Source of the DNA: Terriglobia bacterium
GTDB lineage: Bacteria > Acidobacteriota > Terriglobia > 2-12-FULL-54-10
Direction of reading: 5' to 3'
Length of the DNA stretch: 64,000 nt
Assembly (NCBI GenBank): GCA_963666975.2
Contig: CAXVYR010000003.1
Coordinates: 864,001-928,000 of the forward strand
The first letter of the stretch is position 1; every line of letters begins with the position of its first letter. Positions 34,148 to 45,284 of this stretch are shown in pieces. The position numbers were made by a program, and so were the translations under genes. Under the pieces are notes generated by a model that was not told where the DNA came from, did no database searches, and was given only the letters and a program-made list of their open reading frames with translations.

Positions 34148-37100
34148 TCAGCTCTTCAAACCAATACTTCGGAAAGGGATACCGATGCGCCTCAACAGGT
34201 CTTGGAAGCGCTGGTCCGAGCGCAGGTTGTCGAATAATGGCTCCATTTTGATGTAAACCATTTCGTTTGCACGGACTTCGTAGGCCTTTTCCAACATGCG
34301 ATGCGAGCGTCTGATCCTTTTCGAAGGTGTCCCAAACTCAGTTGCAGGTTGGGACGGCGGGTTGAGTTCATATTACGCCACTTTCTCCTTGTGAGAGGAA
34401 GCAGCGTTTGGACTTCGGCCGAGAATCGATGCCAAAGCCCAGAGATCGTGATAACCCATGATCTTCCGGAAATTCTTCTCGGTCAGCAGAAACGCTCCTG
34501 CCACCCAGCGCAACGTCATCTCGCCGTCGCGCCAGCGGCAAACATTGCCAGTCTTTTTCCGCACGCCCGACTGCGGGCTCTCGATGAGGTTCGTGGTTGC
34601 CAGGCAGCGGTGGAGGCTGGGAGGAACGTCGGCTCGATTGATCGTAAAGGTCTCCTCCAACCCTTCGCGCAAGCTGGCGGCTGCTGCCGGATGATCGCAC
34701 TCGATCATCCCAGCGAGCTTTTTTATGCGCACGATGCCTTCCTCGGCTTGGGGCAATCGCCAGGCGGCGCGCATCAGCGACCGCACCTGATTCGCCAGCA
34801 TTTTGTCGCCCTTTGGTAACCGCTCAGCCACGTTGCGCAGCTTATGAGTACGGCAACGCTGCACCAGCTGATTGCTGCCGAATACTTCCTCGATCCCCGC
34901 GCGGAGCGCTTTGGCGCCGTCGATCACAAACAGATAGCGCTGATCCGTGCGCAAACCTTGCTGGCGCAGGCGGGTGAGAAGGTCTTTCACCGCAGCGGCG
35001 TTTTCGGTCGCGCCCAGTTGAATCCCCAGCACATGCTTGCGGCCCTCGATGTCCACGCCCACGGCGCTGATGACGTGGTGGGAGCCGAACCGCATTCCGT
35101 CCAGGTAAATCACCAGAATCTCGACCTCCTCCCAGCGCCGCGCCAACAGTTCTTCCAGCCGCCGCGCTCCTTGCTCGGCCGCTTCCCGGCTCACCTGAGA
35201 CTTCGACACCCCAGCGCTGTTGGCCATCTCCGGGATCACCTCGCGGTAGTTCCGCGTCGAAACCCCTTTCAACAGTGCCTCGAACATCTCCTCGCCCGTC
35301 TTCTCGCTTTTCCGCAGTGCTTCGTAGGCCGGCACCGCTTCTTCCCCTCCGCCCTTCCGGCGCAGCCGGGGCCGCTCCACCCGCAGCTGGCGATCGGCCA
35401 GTTTCACCCTCCCCAATTGCCGGCCATGCCAGCGCACCTCTCCGCTCGCCTTCCCGGGACTCTTTGGCCCCGCGATTTGCTCTGCGCTCATGCTCAGAAT
35501 CGTTTCAATCAAACCTCGCCCGGCCCGATCAATCACCTCATCCACCGCCAGACGCGCCTCCGTGATCAGATCCACCACCGGCAACAGCATCTGTCCGTTG
35601 GTTTGGCAAAACTTCTGGATGGTTTCTTCGGCTCCCTTGGAACCCAGTTCCAAAACGTGATATTTTCCCTTCATTCGGCGGTTCTCCTTCTATAGGATTT
35701 AGGCTTGGCCCGATTCTATTCGATTCGGGCCGAACCGCCGTTCAACCTTCAACTATGTATGGGACACCCTCTCCTTTTCGCCAAGGCCGGCATATACAAC
35801 TGCTATGGAAAATGGGGAAACATACCCTCGCTCTGATAGTTCATTCAACTGATCCAATATTCTCAGTGCGTCGGCTCTCCTGCCAGATTGGGCGTAGGCG
35901 AGTCCAAGAACCGATTTCATTTGAGGGTTTCCTCCAGAAAGAGTACCTCCCTCTTCAAACTCGGCAATGGCTTCTTCATACATTCCCATCTCTGCATGAA
36001 TCAGTCCCAGGTCGAAGTACGCCTGAATAAAGTTTGGGTCCATCTCGAGTGTCTTCCGGATTTGTTCGATCGCTTTGTCTTGCTGACCGGCGGATTTGAG
36101 AAGACGCGCCACACCCGCGTTTATGGTGAGCGAGAGAGGATCCAGTTCGTGGGCTCGCCTAATCTCCGAGAGGGCTTCCTCGGTGCGCCCCATGATCCCT
36201 AGATCCATGGCATACCACTGGTGTGCTGTGGGATAGTTGGGGTTGAGTTCAATGGCGCGCTGGTATTCTTTTTCGGCTTCCGGCCAGTTCCAGTCAAAAC
36301 GGAATGTGATGAAGGCCAGCGAGGCGTGAGCTTCGGCGAGCGTGTCATCGATTTCCAGCGCCTTCCTCGTAGCGGCTTTGGCTTTCGCCATCACATCCTT
36401 CGTCGCCGCTCCGGCATATCCAACCGACCCCAGCAAGGCATAGCAATCGGCCAGCCCGGCGTAGGCCAGAGCGTAGGTCGGGTCCTTGGCTATGGCCTGC
36501 TGGAAATACTCCAAACCTTTCCGAAACCCGTCCTCCGACCTCTTGTTCCAGTGGTAGCGGCCTCGCAGATAGGCTTGATAAGCCTCCGGATCGACCGAGC
36601 GCGGGCTGGCGAGGCGCGCCTGTTCCTGCGGCGTCAGTTTTACTTTGATCTCCCGGGCAATGGCCCCCGCAACCTCGCTCTGCAACGTTAAGACATCTCG
36701 CAAATCGCGTTCGTAGCTCTCGGCCCACAGGTGCTGATCCGTTGCTGTGTCGATCAACTGTGCCGTGATCCGCACCCTCTCCCCAGAGCGCAGAACCGAT
36801 CCCTCCACCACCGAGTCCACATTTAATTCCCGGGCAATCTGTGACAGGGGCTTGTCGGTCTTGATGTAGCGCATCACTGAAGTTCGGGAAATAACCCGGA
36901 GCGCCCCGATCTTAGCCAGATCAGTGGTCAGAGCCTCGGTCATGCCTTGGACGAAATATTCCTGATCGGGGTCACCGGAGAAGTTCGTGAACGGAAATAC
37001 CGCGACGGAACGGATCGGCACACGTGCCATAGTCGCCTCGGCTTGTTTTGCTCCCCCCTTGGCACCGGGACTAGGTTTAAGGGGCACATGCCATTCCAGA

Positions 37101-38068
37101 GTCTTGCTCTCGCCACGGTCTCGTTCACCCGGCGCCTTCGGTGGATGATGGACCCGCCACCATTCCTCAGCACGTTTCTCGGTCCAGAGTTCGCCAACCG
37201 AGCACTCGGCAAGTTGGCGAGACAGCGCCTCCACGCTCTGCGGCCGCTTGGCGGGGTCCTTTTCCAGGCAGGCCATGACGATCTGGTCGAGTTCGGTTGG
37301 GATTTCCAATTCGGATCGGGTTGAAGGCGGTGCAGGCGACTGCTCGAGATGGGCCGCCATGATCTGCATCGGCGTCTCCCCTTCAAAAACGAGTTGCCCG
37401 GTGAGAATCCAGTAGGCGACGCACCCTAACGAGTAGATGTCAACTCTCTCGTCAATCGTGGAGCTGCCTCTGATCATTTCCGGAGCCATGAAGGCGGGTG
37501 AACCGGCGACGACACCTTCGACGGTCAAACGCGAACCCTTCCAATCCGATCCCGGTGTGTGCTGGACGAGCCCGAAGTCGAGCACCTTGACGAAGTCGTA
37601 CTTCAAGCCAACCTCGGTGAGAAAAATGTTGGCTGGTTTTATATCTCGATGAATGAGCTCGCTGCGGTGGGCCTCGGCAAGAGATTCGCAGACCTGACGC
37701 AGGATATAAATCACCCGGGCGGCTGGAAGGGGCCCGTGCTGCTCGACCAGCGAGTTGAGATCGCGTCCCTCGAGCAGTTCCATGGCGTAGTAAAAGGTAC
37801 CGTCCTCGGTGGTGCCAAAGTCATATACCTGGATGGTGTGGGGCGACCGCAAGGCAGAGGTCACCTTTGCTTCGCGCTCGAAGCGACGCAGTAGGGTATT
37901 AGCTTGCTCACCTACCCCAGGCCTCAAGGACTCAGGGCGGATTAGCATGATGGCAGCCTGGCGATCAAGCATCAAGTGTCTGGCTCGCCAAACCTGACCC
38001 ATGCCACCCGAACCTAATGGACTGAGTATCTCGTAAGAGCCAAGCTGAGTACCCGAGGAAACCTCCAC
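34148..38068 (-). pseudogene. Ser/Thr protein kinase-TolB_N-TPR protein interrupted near its C-terminus by IS256
   Basis: GSGGMG, HRDIKPAN, DFG, APE; SVAVFPF..SGD; TPRs; tail [24 protein letters not shown] continues below 34322. Confidence 0.88.
34323..35771 (-). mobile_element. IS256-family copy 4 (transposase 34373-35674)
   Basis: Full IRs; 8-bp TSD tccttttc at 34315-34322 and 35772-35779. Confidence 0.96.
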
Positions 38069-38264
38069 GTTTACCCCTGTCTGATTTGAAGTGTTGGCGA
38101 GAGTTTACACGAGGTGGGAGGGGAAAGCAATTGGGGGAGGGGGTTTCCTGGGTCTGAAGCCTGCGCCTGTCTATGATTCCAGTTTCACAGCCCCAGGATA
38201 TAATGTAACTTTCTCAGTCACGCTAGTACAAAAAAATTGGTCTGGTCATTACTATAACTAAACG

Positions 38265-38441
38265 GTGGAACATTTCTTTACCTGTCCGTACTGCGGAGAA
38301 ACCATCTCAATGGTGCTGGACACCTCCGTGCGAGGGCAAACCTACGTCGAAGATTGCGAGGTTTGCTGCCAGCCTATCGAGATTCGGTACGCCGTTAGTC
38401 AAGGTGAGGTGGTTCACTTTGCGGCTCGGGTTCTCGGATGA
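38265..38441 (+). CDS. CPXCG-motif cysteine-rich small protein (58 aa, not in the ORF track)
   Basis: Manual translation MEHFFTCPYCGETISMVLDTSVRGQTYVEDCEVCCQPI... Confidence 0.85.
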   Translation: MEHFFTCPYCGETISMVLDTSVRGQTYVEDCEVCCQPIEIRYAVSQGEVVHFAARVLG

Positions 38442-38538
38442 CGGATGGTCAATCGGGAAGTCTGTGAACTTACGCCTTTGCTGCTGCTGCGGTGCTTTTG
38501 CAACCGACTGTTGGTGGGACCAGCTTAACCCTATAATC

Positions 38539-38670
38539 GGTACTGTCAAGTTAACGGTTTGAGCCCCTTAGGAGCGCTTCATAACAGTCTCTAAGTTGTT
38601 GATTCTTTGTTCCAGAGCAGACCGTTTTTGCCTCGACTAAGGGGGAATCACCCCTTAACTTGACAATACC
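38539..38670. mobile_element. 132-bp IS6-type MITE, copy 2 (direct orientation with copy 1)
   Basis: ggtactgtcaagttaa...ttaacttgacaatacc; interior strongly similar to 33692-33822. Confidence 0.82.
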
Positions 38671-39092
38671 CCCAGGACGGTAAACACCATCTTGCCGGTA
38701 GGGGTTGAGGTGTCTACCTGTTCCGATAGGGAAACGAATTCAATACCCAAAACGCGGAACGTTTCCAGCGCACGCAACAAGTGAGAAACCGAACGGGCAA
38801 AGCGATCAAACCGCCACACCACCACGGCGTCCAATCGTCGGCGGTGGGCATCTGCTAAAAGGCGGTCCAATTCCGGTCGCTTTTCTTTTGTACCGGAGAT
38901 CCCCACATCCACATACTCCTTCGCGATTCCCCAGCCCCGACGTTGACAATACTCCCGCAATTCCCGCAGTTGCATCTCGGGATCTTGGCCGTTTGTAGTA
39001 CTGACTCTGGAATACAAAGCCGCTCGAATGGTCTCGCGGGGCTTTTGATCTTGAGCTGAGAAATTTCTGGTATTAACTTTTCTTCCAGCCAT
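38671..39092 (-). pseudogene. Serine recombinase (resolvase/invertase) catalytic domain, truncated by the MITE
   Basis: YSRVST..Q, D.GISG..KRP, RFDRFARS, DTSTPTGK. Confidence 0.85.
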
Positions 39093-39371
39093 CTTGACCT
39101 CCTTGTTAGGTCGCGTTGGTTAGGGGCGCGTTCGGTGTTAGCGCACCGGCGTGCCCCGTTTTCCATCACTGATTCGTCTTCTTTTTCCGACCCCGTCCTC
39201 AGCAGTAAATGCCTTTTTCACCTCACGGAGCCGGACCAAGTCGTGCTCGTTCCAAAGCCTCGCGGCACCACCACCACCCGCGTACCCGCTACGTACCCCG
39301 GTTCGGCGTTTTTGGCGTTTTTAGCGTATCTGTCGTTATGTAGAATCAGTAAGTTACGCCCTCTCAAAGAG

Positions 39372-39404
39372 GGACGGGGGTTTCGACTCCCCCCGCCTCC
39401 ACCA
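39372..39404 (+). repeat. tmRNA/tRNA-like 3'-end fragment (att site) 1
   Basis: ggacgggggtttcgactccccccgcctccacca: T-arm plus acceptor 3' strand ending CCA. Confidence 0.7.
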
Positions 39405-39457
39405 CGTGCCAGCACAAGGTTCTTGTGGGGCGCGCTTTCTTACTATAGACTTCCACT

Positions 39458-39661
39458 GTGGATGAGATTCTGTTTGAGGTTACCCAAGAAGCCGATGGCG
39501 ATTTTTCCGCCGAGTGCCTGACCGAAAGTATTTTTACACAAGGCAACTCGTGGGAAAAACTCCGGACCAACGTCAAGGAAGCCGTAGTTGCTTACTACTT
39601 CGACCGGCCGATCCCCTCCCGGATTCGCTTACGCCTTGTCCGCGATGAAGTCCTGGCTTAG
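39458..39661 (+). CDS. HicB-like antitoxin
   Basis: 67 aa, EADG.F.A..L...IFTQG.SWE.L..NVKEAV; upstream of a hicA-like gene. Confidence 0.7.
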   Translation: MDEILFEVTQEADGDFSAECLTESIFTQGNSWEKLRTNVKEAVVAYYFDRPIPSRIRLRLVRDEVLA

Positions 39662-39663
39662 CA

Positions 39664-39905
39664 ATGAAGCTGCCCGGGATCTGAGCGGCAGAGAGTTCAT
39701 CCGAGTATTGTGCCGGGATTGGGATTACAAGGTGATCCATCAGGAAGGCAGCCACGTAACCCTGCAAACAGAGACACCGGCCCTTCATCGCATAGTCGTA
39801 CCGCAGCATAGAACGCTTCGAATCGGCACGCTGGCAGCCATCCTCCGATCAGTGGCAAATCACAAAGAAGTCAGTCGAAACGACGTGCTGCGATCCATCC
39901 ATTGA
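39664..39905 (+). CDS. hicA: HicA-family toxin (1-nt frameshift just after the start MKLP)
   Basis: RDLSGREF..L...Y....Q.GSH..L...IVVPQH..LRIGTL..IL. Confidence 0.75.
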
Positions 39906-39951
39906 GATCCCCAATTCGATGACTCATGGATGGGAATAATCTCTGACAGGA

Positions 39952-39983
39952 GGACAGGGGGTCGACTCCCCCCGCCTCCACCA
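39952..39983 (+). repeat. tmRNA/tRNA-like 3'-end fragment (att site) 2
   Basis: ggacagggggtcgactccccccgcctccacca, direct repeat of 39372-39404. Confidence 0.7.
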
Positions 39984-40064
39984 AACCCAAAACACGGCGG
40001 TCCTCGCATAGCTGCTCACAATATTGCAATGTTACGAGGAAATTCGTCCCTTTTCCAAAAAGCT

Positions 40065-43000
40065 TCAAACGTCAGCCAAGTCCACCAGACTAATTAAAGT
40101 TTGCCCGGCGCCCGCCTTGGGTTTCCCATCCGCCGTAACGACCTTCAAACTGCCGTCGCCGGTAATCACAAGCAGGGGGGTCGCGCTGTTCCTTGACGCG
40201 CCTGAAACGCCTCGTAGTCGAATTTCTCCGTCAGGCTGGTCTTTTTAATCGTTGCGCCCTGGGCAAATCTGCTGGACAGAAAAGCATAGGTGATTGCGGG
40301 ACCGAACAAATAGCGTCCGTTCAAATGCTGGAGCGCGACCAGCTTTCTTCCTTTCTCGCCGTCTTCCGGAGAGAGTTGATACACTTCCTGGCGGCCAAAC
40401 ACATCGCAGAAATGCACTGCGGCCAAGGAATTGGCCTCATCGTTCGAAGTCAAAGCGAGCAGGCGGCCAATGCCGTAAAGACTCATCTCGTCCAGAACAT
40501 GCTTGGAAAGGATGCCGCCAAAATGAGATGGCAGTCCAGCCAAGCGTGAAGCGGAAATGTTTTGCCAGTTGCTATCCACCAGCACCACCTGGAAGCCCTC
40601 CGCTTGAAGAGCAAGGGCCAACTCGCGCGCCCAGCCATGCGCGCCCGCTATGAGGACGCCTTGCGGGTGCGGTTCAGCCAGCTTGAGGCGCCGGGCGAGG
40701 GGAAACGCAGTGAGCCCATAAATTGCGACAGTAGCAATGATCACGAGAAAAGTCAGTGGCACCAGCCGGTCGGCTTGCGCATAGCCGGCCGCAGCCAATC
40801 GCGAGGCAAAAACCGAGGACACCGCCGCGGCCACAATTTCGCGAGGAGCCATCCATGCAAGAAAGAGTCGTTCTTTCCGGTTCAATTGCGATCCCAGACT
40901 GGAAAGCAATACTCCAGCGGGCCGTGCCACGAACATGAGAATCGCGAGCAGCCAAAAACCGCCCATATCCATTTGCGCTAGATCACTCACATCCAAGCGC
41001 GCCGCCAGCAAGATAAAAAGACTGGAGATAATCAGGACTCGAAGGTCCTCCTTAAACTCAATGATGTGTTTGACGGGGCAAAATCTCTGGTTGGCAATCG
41101 CAATTCCCATTACGGTGGTGGCCAGGAAACCTGATTCTTCTTGCAGCAGATTGGAAACGCTATAGACACTGACGACCATCATCAAAGAGAAGGCATTCTG
41201 GAGAAAATCGGGGACCCAATAAAATTTCAACAACAAGACCATCAGGCCGCCGCCCAGCACGCCAACCACGCAGCCGAGCAGCACGGAGGAAAAAAAACGA
41301 ATCACGGTTTGATCGGCACTCTCCCGGAAGCCTCCCTCTAAAATCGCCTCATACACCAAGACCGCCAGCAGCGCCCCGATCGGGTCGCCTAAAATTCCTT
41401 CCCACTTTAGGACCTCGCCCACCTGACCCGCCGGCCGCACGTGCCGTAACAAAGGAGCAATCACAGTGGGGCCCGTGACAACCAAAATTGACCCCAACAA
41501 TACGGCCAATGGGAAATCCAGAGGGTGTCCCATACATAGTTGAAGGTTGAACGGCGGTTCGGCCCGAATCGAATAGAATCGGGCCAAGCCTAAATCCTAT
41601 AGAAGGAGAACCGCCGAATGAAGGGAAAATATCACGTTTTGGAACTGGGTTCCAAGGGAGCCGAAGAAACCATCCAGAAGTTTTGCCAAACCAACGGACA
41701 GATGCTGTTGCCGGTGGTGGATCTGATCACGGAGGCGCGTCTGGCGGTGGATGAGGTGATTGATCGGGCCGGGCGAGGTTTGATTGAAACGATTCTGAGC
41801 ATGAGCGCAGAGCAAATCGCGGGGCCAAAGAGTCCCGGGAAGGCGAGCGGAGAGGTGCGCTGGCATGGCCGGCAATTGGGGAGGGTGAAACTGGCCGATC
41901 GCCAGCTGCGGGTGGAGCGGCCCCGGCTGCGCCGGAAGGGCGGAGGGGAAGAAGCGGTGCCGGCCTACGAAGCACTGCGGAAAAGCGAGAAGACGGGCGA
42001 GGAGATGTTCGAGGCACTGTTGAAAGGGGTTTCGACGCGGAACTACCGCGAGGTGATCCCGGAGATGGCCAACAGCGCTGGGGTGTCGAAGTCTCAGGTG
42101 AGCCGGGAAGCGGCCGAGCAAGGAGCGCGGCGGCTGGAAGAACTGTTGGCGCGGCGCTGGGAGGAGGTCGAGATTCTGGTGATTTACCTGGACGGAATGC
42201 GGTTCGGCTCCCACCACGTCATCAGCGCCGTGGGCGTGGACATCGAGGGCCGCAAGCATGTGCTGGGGATTCAACTGGGCGCGACCGAAAACGCCGCTGC
42301 GGTGAAAGACCTTCTCACCCGCCTGCGCCAGCAAGGTTTGCGCACGGATCAGCGCTATCTGTTTGTGATCGACGGCGCCAAAGCGCTCCGCGCGGGGATC
42401 GAGGAAGTATTCGGCAGCAATCAGCTGGTGCAGCGTTGCCGTACTCATAAGCTGCGCAACGTGGCTGAGCGGTTACCAAAGGGCGACAAAATGCTGGCGA
42501 ATCAGGTGCGGTCGCTGATGCGCGCCGCCTGGCGATTGCCCCAAGCCGAGGAAGGCATCGTGCGCATAAAAAAGCTCGCTGGGATGATCGAGTGCGATCA
42601 TCCGGCAGCAGCCGCCAGCTTGCGCGAAGGGTTGGAGGAGACCTTTACGATCAATCGAGCCGACGTTCCTCCCAGCCTCCACCGCTGCCTGGCAACCACG
42701 AACCTCATCGAGAGCCCGCAGTCGGGCGTGCGGAAAAAGACTGGCAATGTTTGCCGCTGGCGCGACGGCGAGATGACGTTGCGCTGGGTGGCAGGAGCGT
42801 TTCTGCTGACCGAGAAGAATTTCCGGAAGATCATGGGTTATCACGATCTCTGGGCTTTGGCATCGATTCTCGGCCGAAGTCCAAACGCTGCTTCCTCTCA
42901 CAAGGAGGAAGTGGCGTAATATGAACTCAACCCGCCGTCCCAACCTGCAACTGAGTTTGGGACACCTTCGAAATCCAGATGCAGAATGAAATAGGCAGCC

Positions 43001-43317
43001 GCGGTGCTGAGCGTCCAAGTGACCAGGACGCCTACGGTCACCAGATTCCGCACAACCCCGCCGATTTCCCGAAGGTCGGCGATACTTAAACTCAGCCCCC
43101 CTTCAAACAATATGATTGCAACTGCAATGGATACCAGGGGAAGCAACAGATCGCCGAAGAGCAAATCCGGGTCCAGAAAATTCGTTACGGGTCCCGCTAC
43201 AATCCCGAACACGAGCAGCAAGAGAATGGAGGGAAGGTGGATGCGCCACGCCAGCCACTGCGCCGCGATACCGAATATGATGATTGCCGCCAGGCCAATC
43301 CAGAGATGTTCAGCTAA
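40065..43317 (-). pseudogene. NhaP-type cation:proton antiporter with TrkA_N-like C-terminal domain, interrupted by IS256
   Basis: AQWLAWRIHLPSILLL, ILFEGGL, VTGPTV, KWEGI..DP, ESG..ATT.MG; frame LHLDF|PLAV rejoins across the IS. Confidence 0.88.
41521..42969 (+). mobile_element. IS256-family copy 5 (transposase 41618-42919)
   Basis: Full IRs; 8-bp TSD gaaatcca at 41513-41520 and 42970-42977. Confidence 0.96.
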
Positions 43318-43359
43318 AGAATGCCTTTTGAGGTATTAGGTATTGTCCTCTTGCTTTGC

Positions 43360-43391
43360 GCACGGCCCAGGCTCGGCGCTGCGCAACCTAC
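43360..43391 (-). ncRNA. Candidate Na+-I (DUF1646-motif) riboswitch aptamer
   Basis: GUAGGUUGCGCAGCGCCGAGCCUGGGCCGUGC folds GGUU/GGCC, CAG/CUG, GC/GC; ~40 nt upstream of a cation:proton antiporter; family match is from memory. Confidence 0.5.
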
Positions 43392-43594
43392 ATTTTAGTG
43401 GGAATTTCCGTTTCTCACTCTGCCTTCGCCAACCATCCTACACCAGCCTTCTGCCAGATCAGCATGGCTTTTCCGGCTGGAATTGGCTCCCTCCAATTTC
43501 AGTTTTCCAGCGCCCCAATCCCAAGCACTCTCCCGCTTCGGGTGCGGTCTACGGAAATTCTGAAACTAGGGTAATTGGATAGAAGCAGGCAATT

Positions 43595-43765
43595 TTACCG
43601 GACTTTCCGGCTCACGATTTCCAGGACGACGCCGTGCACCTGAAACTCGTCATACGCAGTGACGACCACGGGGCTGATTGCGGGATTATCGGCTCGGAGA
43701 ACAATCACCGTGCGCTTTTTCTCGTATCGCCGCAGCATTTTCTTTCCGTTTATGGTGCAGGCGTT
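43595..43765 (-). pseudogene. S24/LexA-like peptidase C-terminal fragment
   Basis: KMLRRY...IVLRADNP.ISPVVV...FQVHGVV. Confidence 0.55.
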
Positions 43766-44323
43766 GTAGCTGCCCGTTGACCTTGCCGGCAGTGTGAAGA
43801 CGGTGGTAGTGAGCAAGGAGAAAGGCGAGCGGCAAGGCTGAGTCCAGGACCCCGCGACACGGAAACTCCTCTGCCTGGTTCCGCTCGACTCCTTCACCGA
43901 CCTAAAAACACTGCGGGCGACGCTCCCGACCCTGCTGGCGGAAACAAAACTCGTCGTTCCGTTATCTCCGTTGAAACCATGATCCCGATGCTGCATCAGT
44001 TGTGCGCAGTTCCCAACAAAGCTTACCGGTCCCCTCGTTTCCTCTTCACCCTGCCCGGCATCTTCTTTTGCATCGCATTGGCCTTGCCCGTTTCCTCGGC
44101 TGTTGCGCAGCAGGCGGCGATTCCTCCAGAGGTGGAGGAATATTCCTCAGCCATGCAAGCGTTCCAAGACGCTTCCGCAAAGCAGCCGATTGAGCCGCTG
44201 TTTGCCTTGGGACTTGCTGCCGCTGATTCCCTGAAAGAAGCGCTTGAATTGCTGGACGACGCTGCGTATGAGCTGGCATCGAAAAAAATGGAGGGATTTT
44301 GTCAGGAGGCGGGTTTTAATTTT

Positions 44324-44809
44324 TTACCGGAACAGGCTTTGCGGGGCCGGTTCCCCGGCAACGTCCATGTCGAGCAGCGCAATTTCCTCATCGATCCCAT
44401 CCAAGAAAACTTCAATAGGGAGTTTCCTTCTTCCAAACTGGAGCGCCTCCGCCTTGTTGGGCTTCCATATGTCGATTCTGTGATCGTATTTCCGCGCCAG
44501 CCGGTCCAGGCAAACGTACAGCTTGCCCTCAATCAGAAATCTTGTTCCGAATGGATAATCTCTGGAGCAAGCAATGATCCCGTCGCGGACGCGCTGTCCC
44601 GACGCCGTGATAAACGGGTCCCCCTGAGTTTCGTCGAGCGAACTCGAATAGGCCGTCACCTCGGCAATCAGTATGTTGTTTTTCAGAGGTTCCTCTTCCG
44701 GGATGGGCTCTTCGATTCCGATATGAGCGGGAAAGATCCCCACCAAGGCCAAAAGTGTGATCCAAGTAGCGGATAGCGCCGTCAAGTGCTGGTAAATTTG
44801 TGAAATCAT
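44324..44809 (-). CDS. 3D-domain (peptidoglycan lytic transglycosylase-like) protein
   Basis: VTAYSS..ETQGDPFITASG, IIAC, PFGT, C.DR, IDIW...A.QFGRR; N-terminal TM helix. Confidence 0.8.
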   Translation of the reverse strand: MISQIYQHLTALSATWITLLALVGIFPAHIGIEEPIPEEEPLKNNILIAEVTAYSSSLDETQGDPFITASGQRVRDGIIACSRDYPFGTRFLIEGKLYVCLDRLARKYDHRIDIWKPNKAEALQFGRRKLPIEVFLDGIDEEIALLDMDVAGEPAPQSLFR

Positions 44810-45284
44810 AGGTGAACGGCAGTAGCTTTCATTGCCTGAAGCTTTCTCCCTCCCTTTCCCTTTTCGTTCGATATTCCAAGTTCACTAGTGCATTCCAGCA
44901 AAATCACTAACAGGAGGAAAAATATGAATCCATTCAACCTATTGATACTAAATGACTACCTTATTTTTTTAGGCGGTCCCAGGGTAAACTTTGAATAGTC
45001 TAGCACATTACCGCAGATTCGCTAGCAAAAAAAACAGGGGTCGTTAGTGAAAAAAACACATACTTCTGCAAGGTTCTAAGGGGGGAATATCCCCCCCGTC
45101 CAGTATCCCGGAAGTTCTGGGTCTCAACTCAATCAACCTCCCTAGCATAACCCCCCAAGGAGCCCAGGAGCTACTGATGCCCTTCCCAAGAGTTTGCTGC
45201 CATGAATTGCTGGTTAGGGGGTGATAGGATACGGAACGGCTGGGACTGGCAGATCAGCGAAATGCGAGGTGCGGAGGCGCCCGA

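Noticed and set aside
39372-39983. Complete tRNA or tmRNA genes
   Set aside because: Only the T-arm and 3' acceptor strand are present; no 5' half is visible
44810-45200. c-di-AMP riboswitch before the 3D-domain gene, or fluoride riboswitch before tauE
   Set aside because: Only scattered short matches; the core consensus elements are missing
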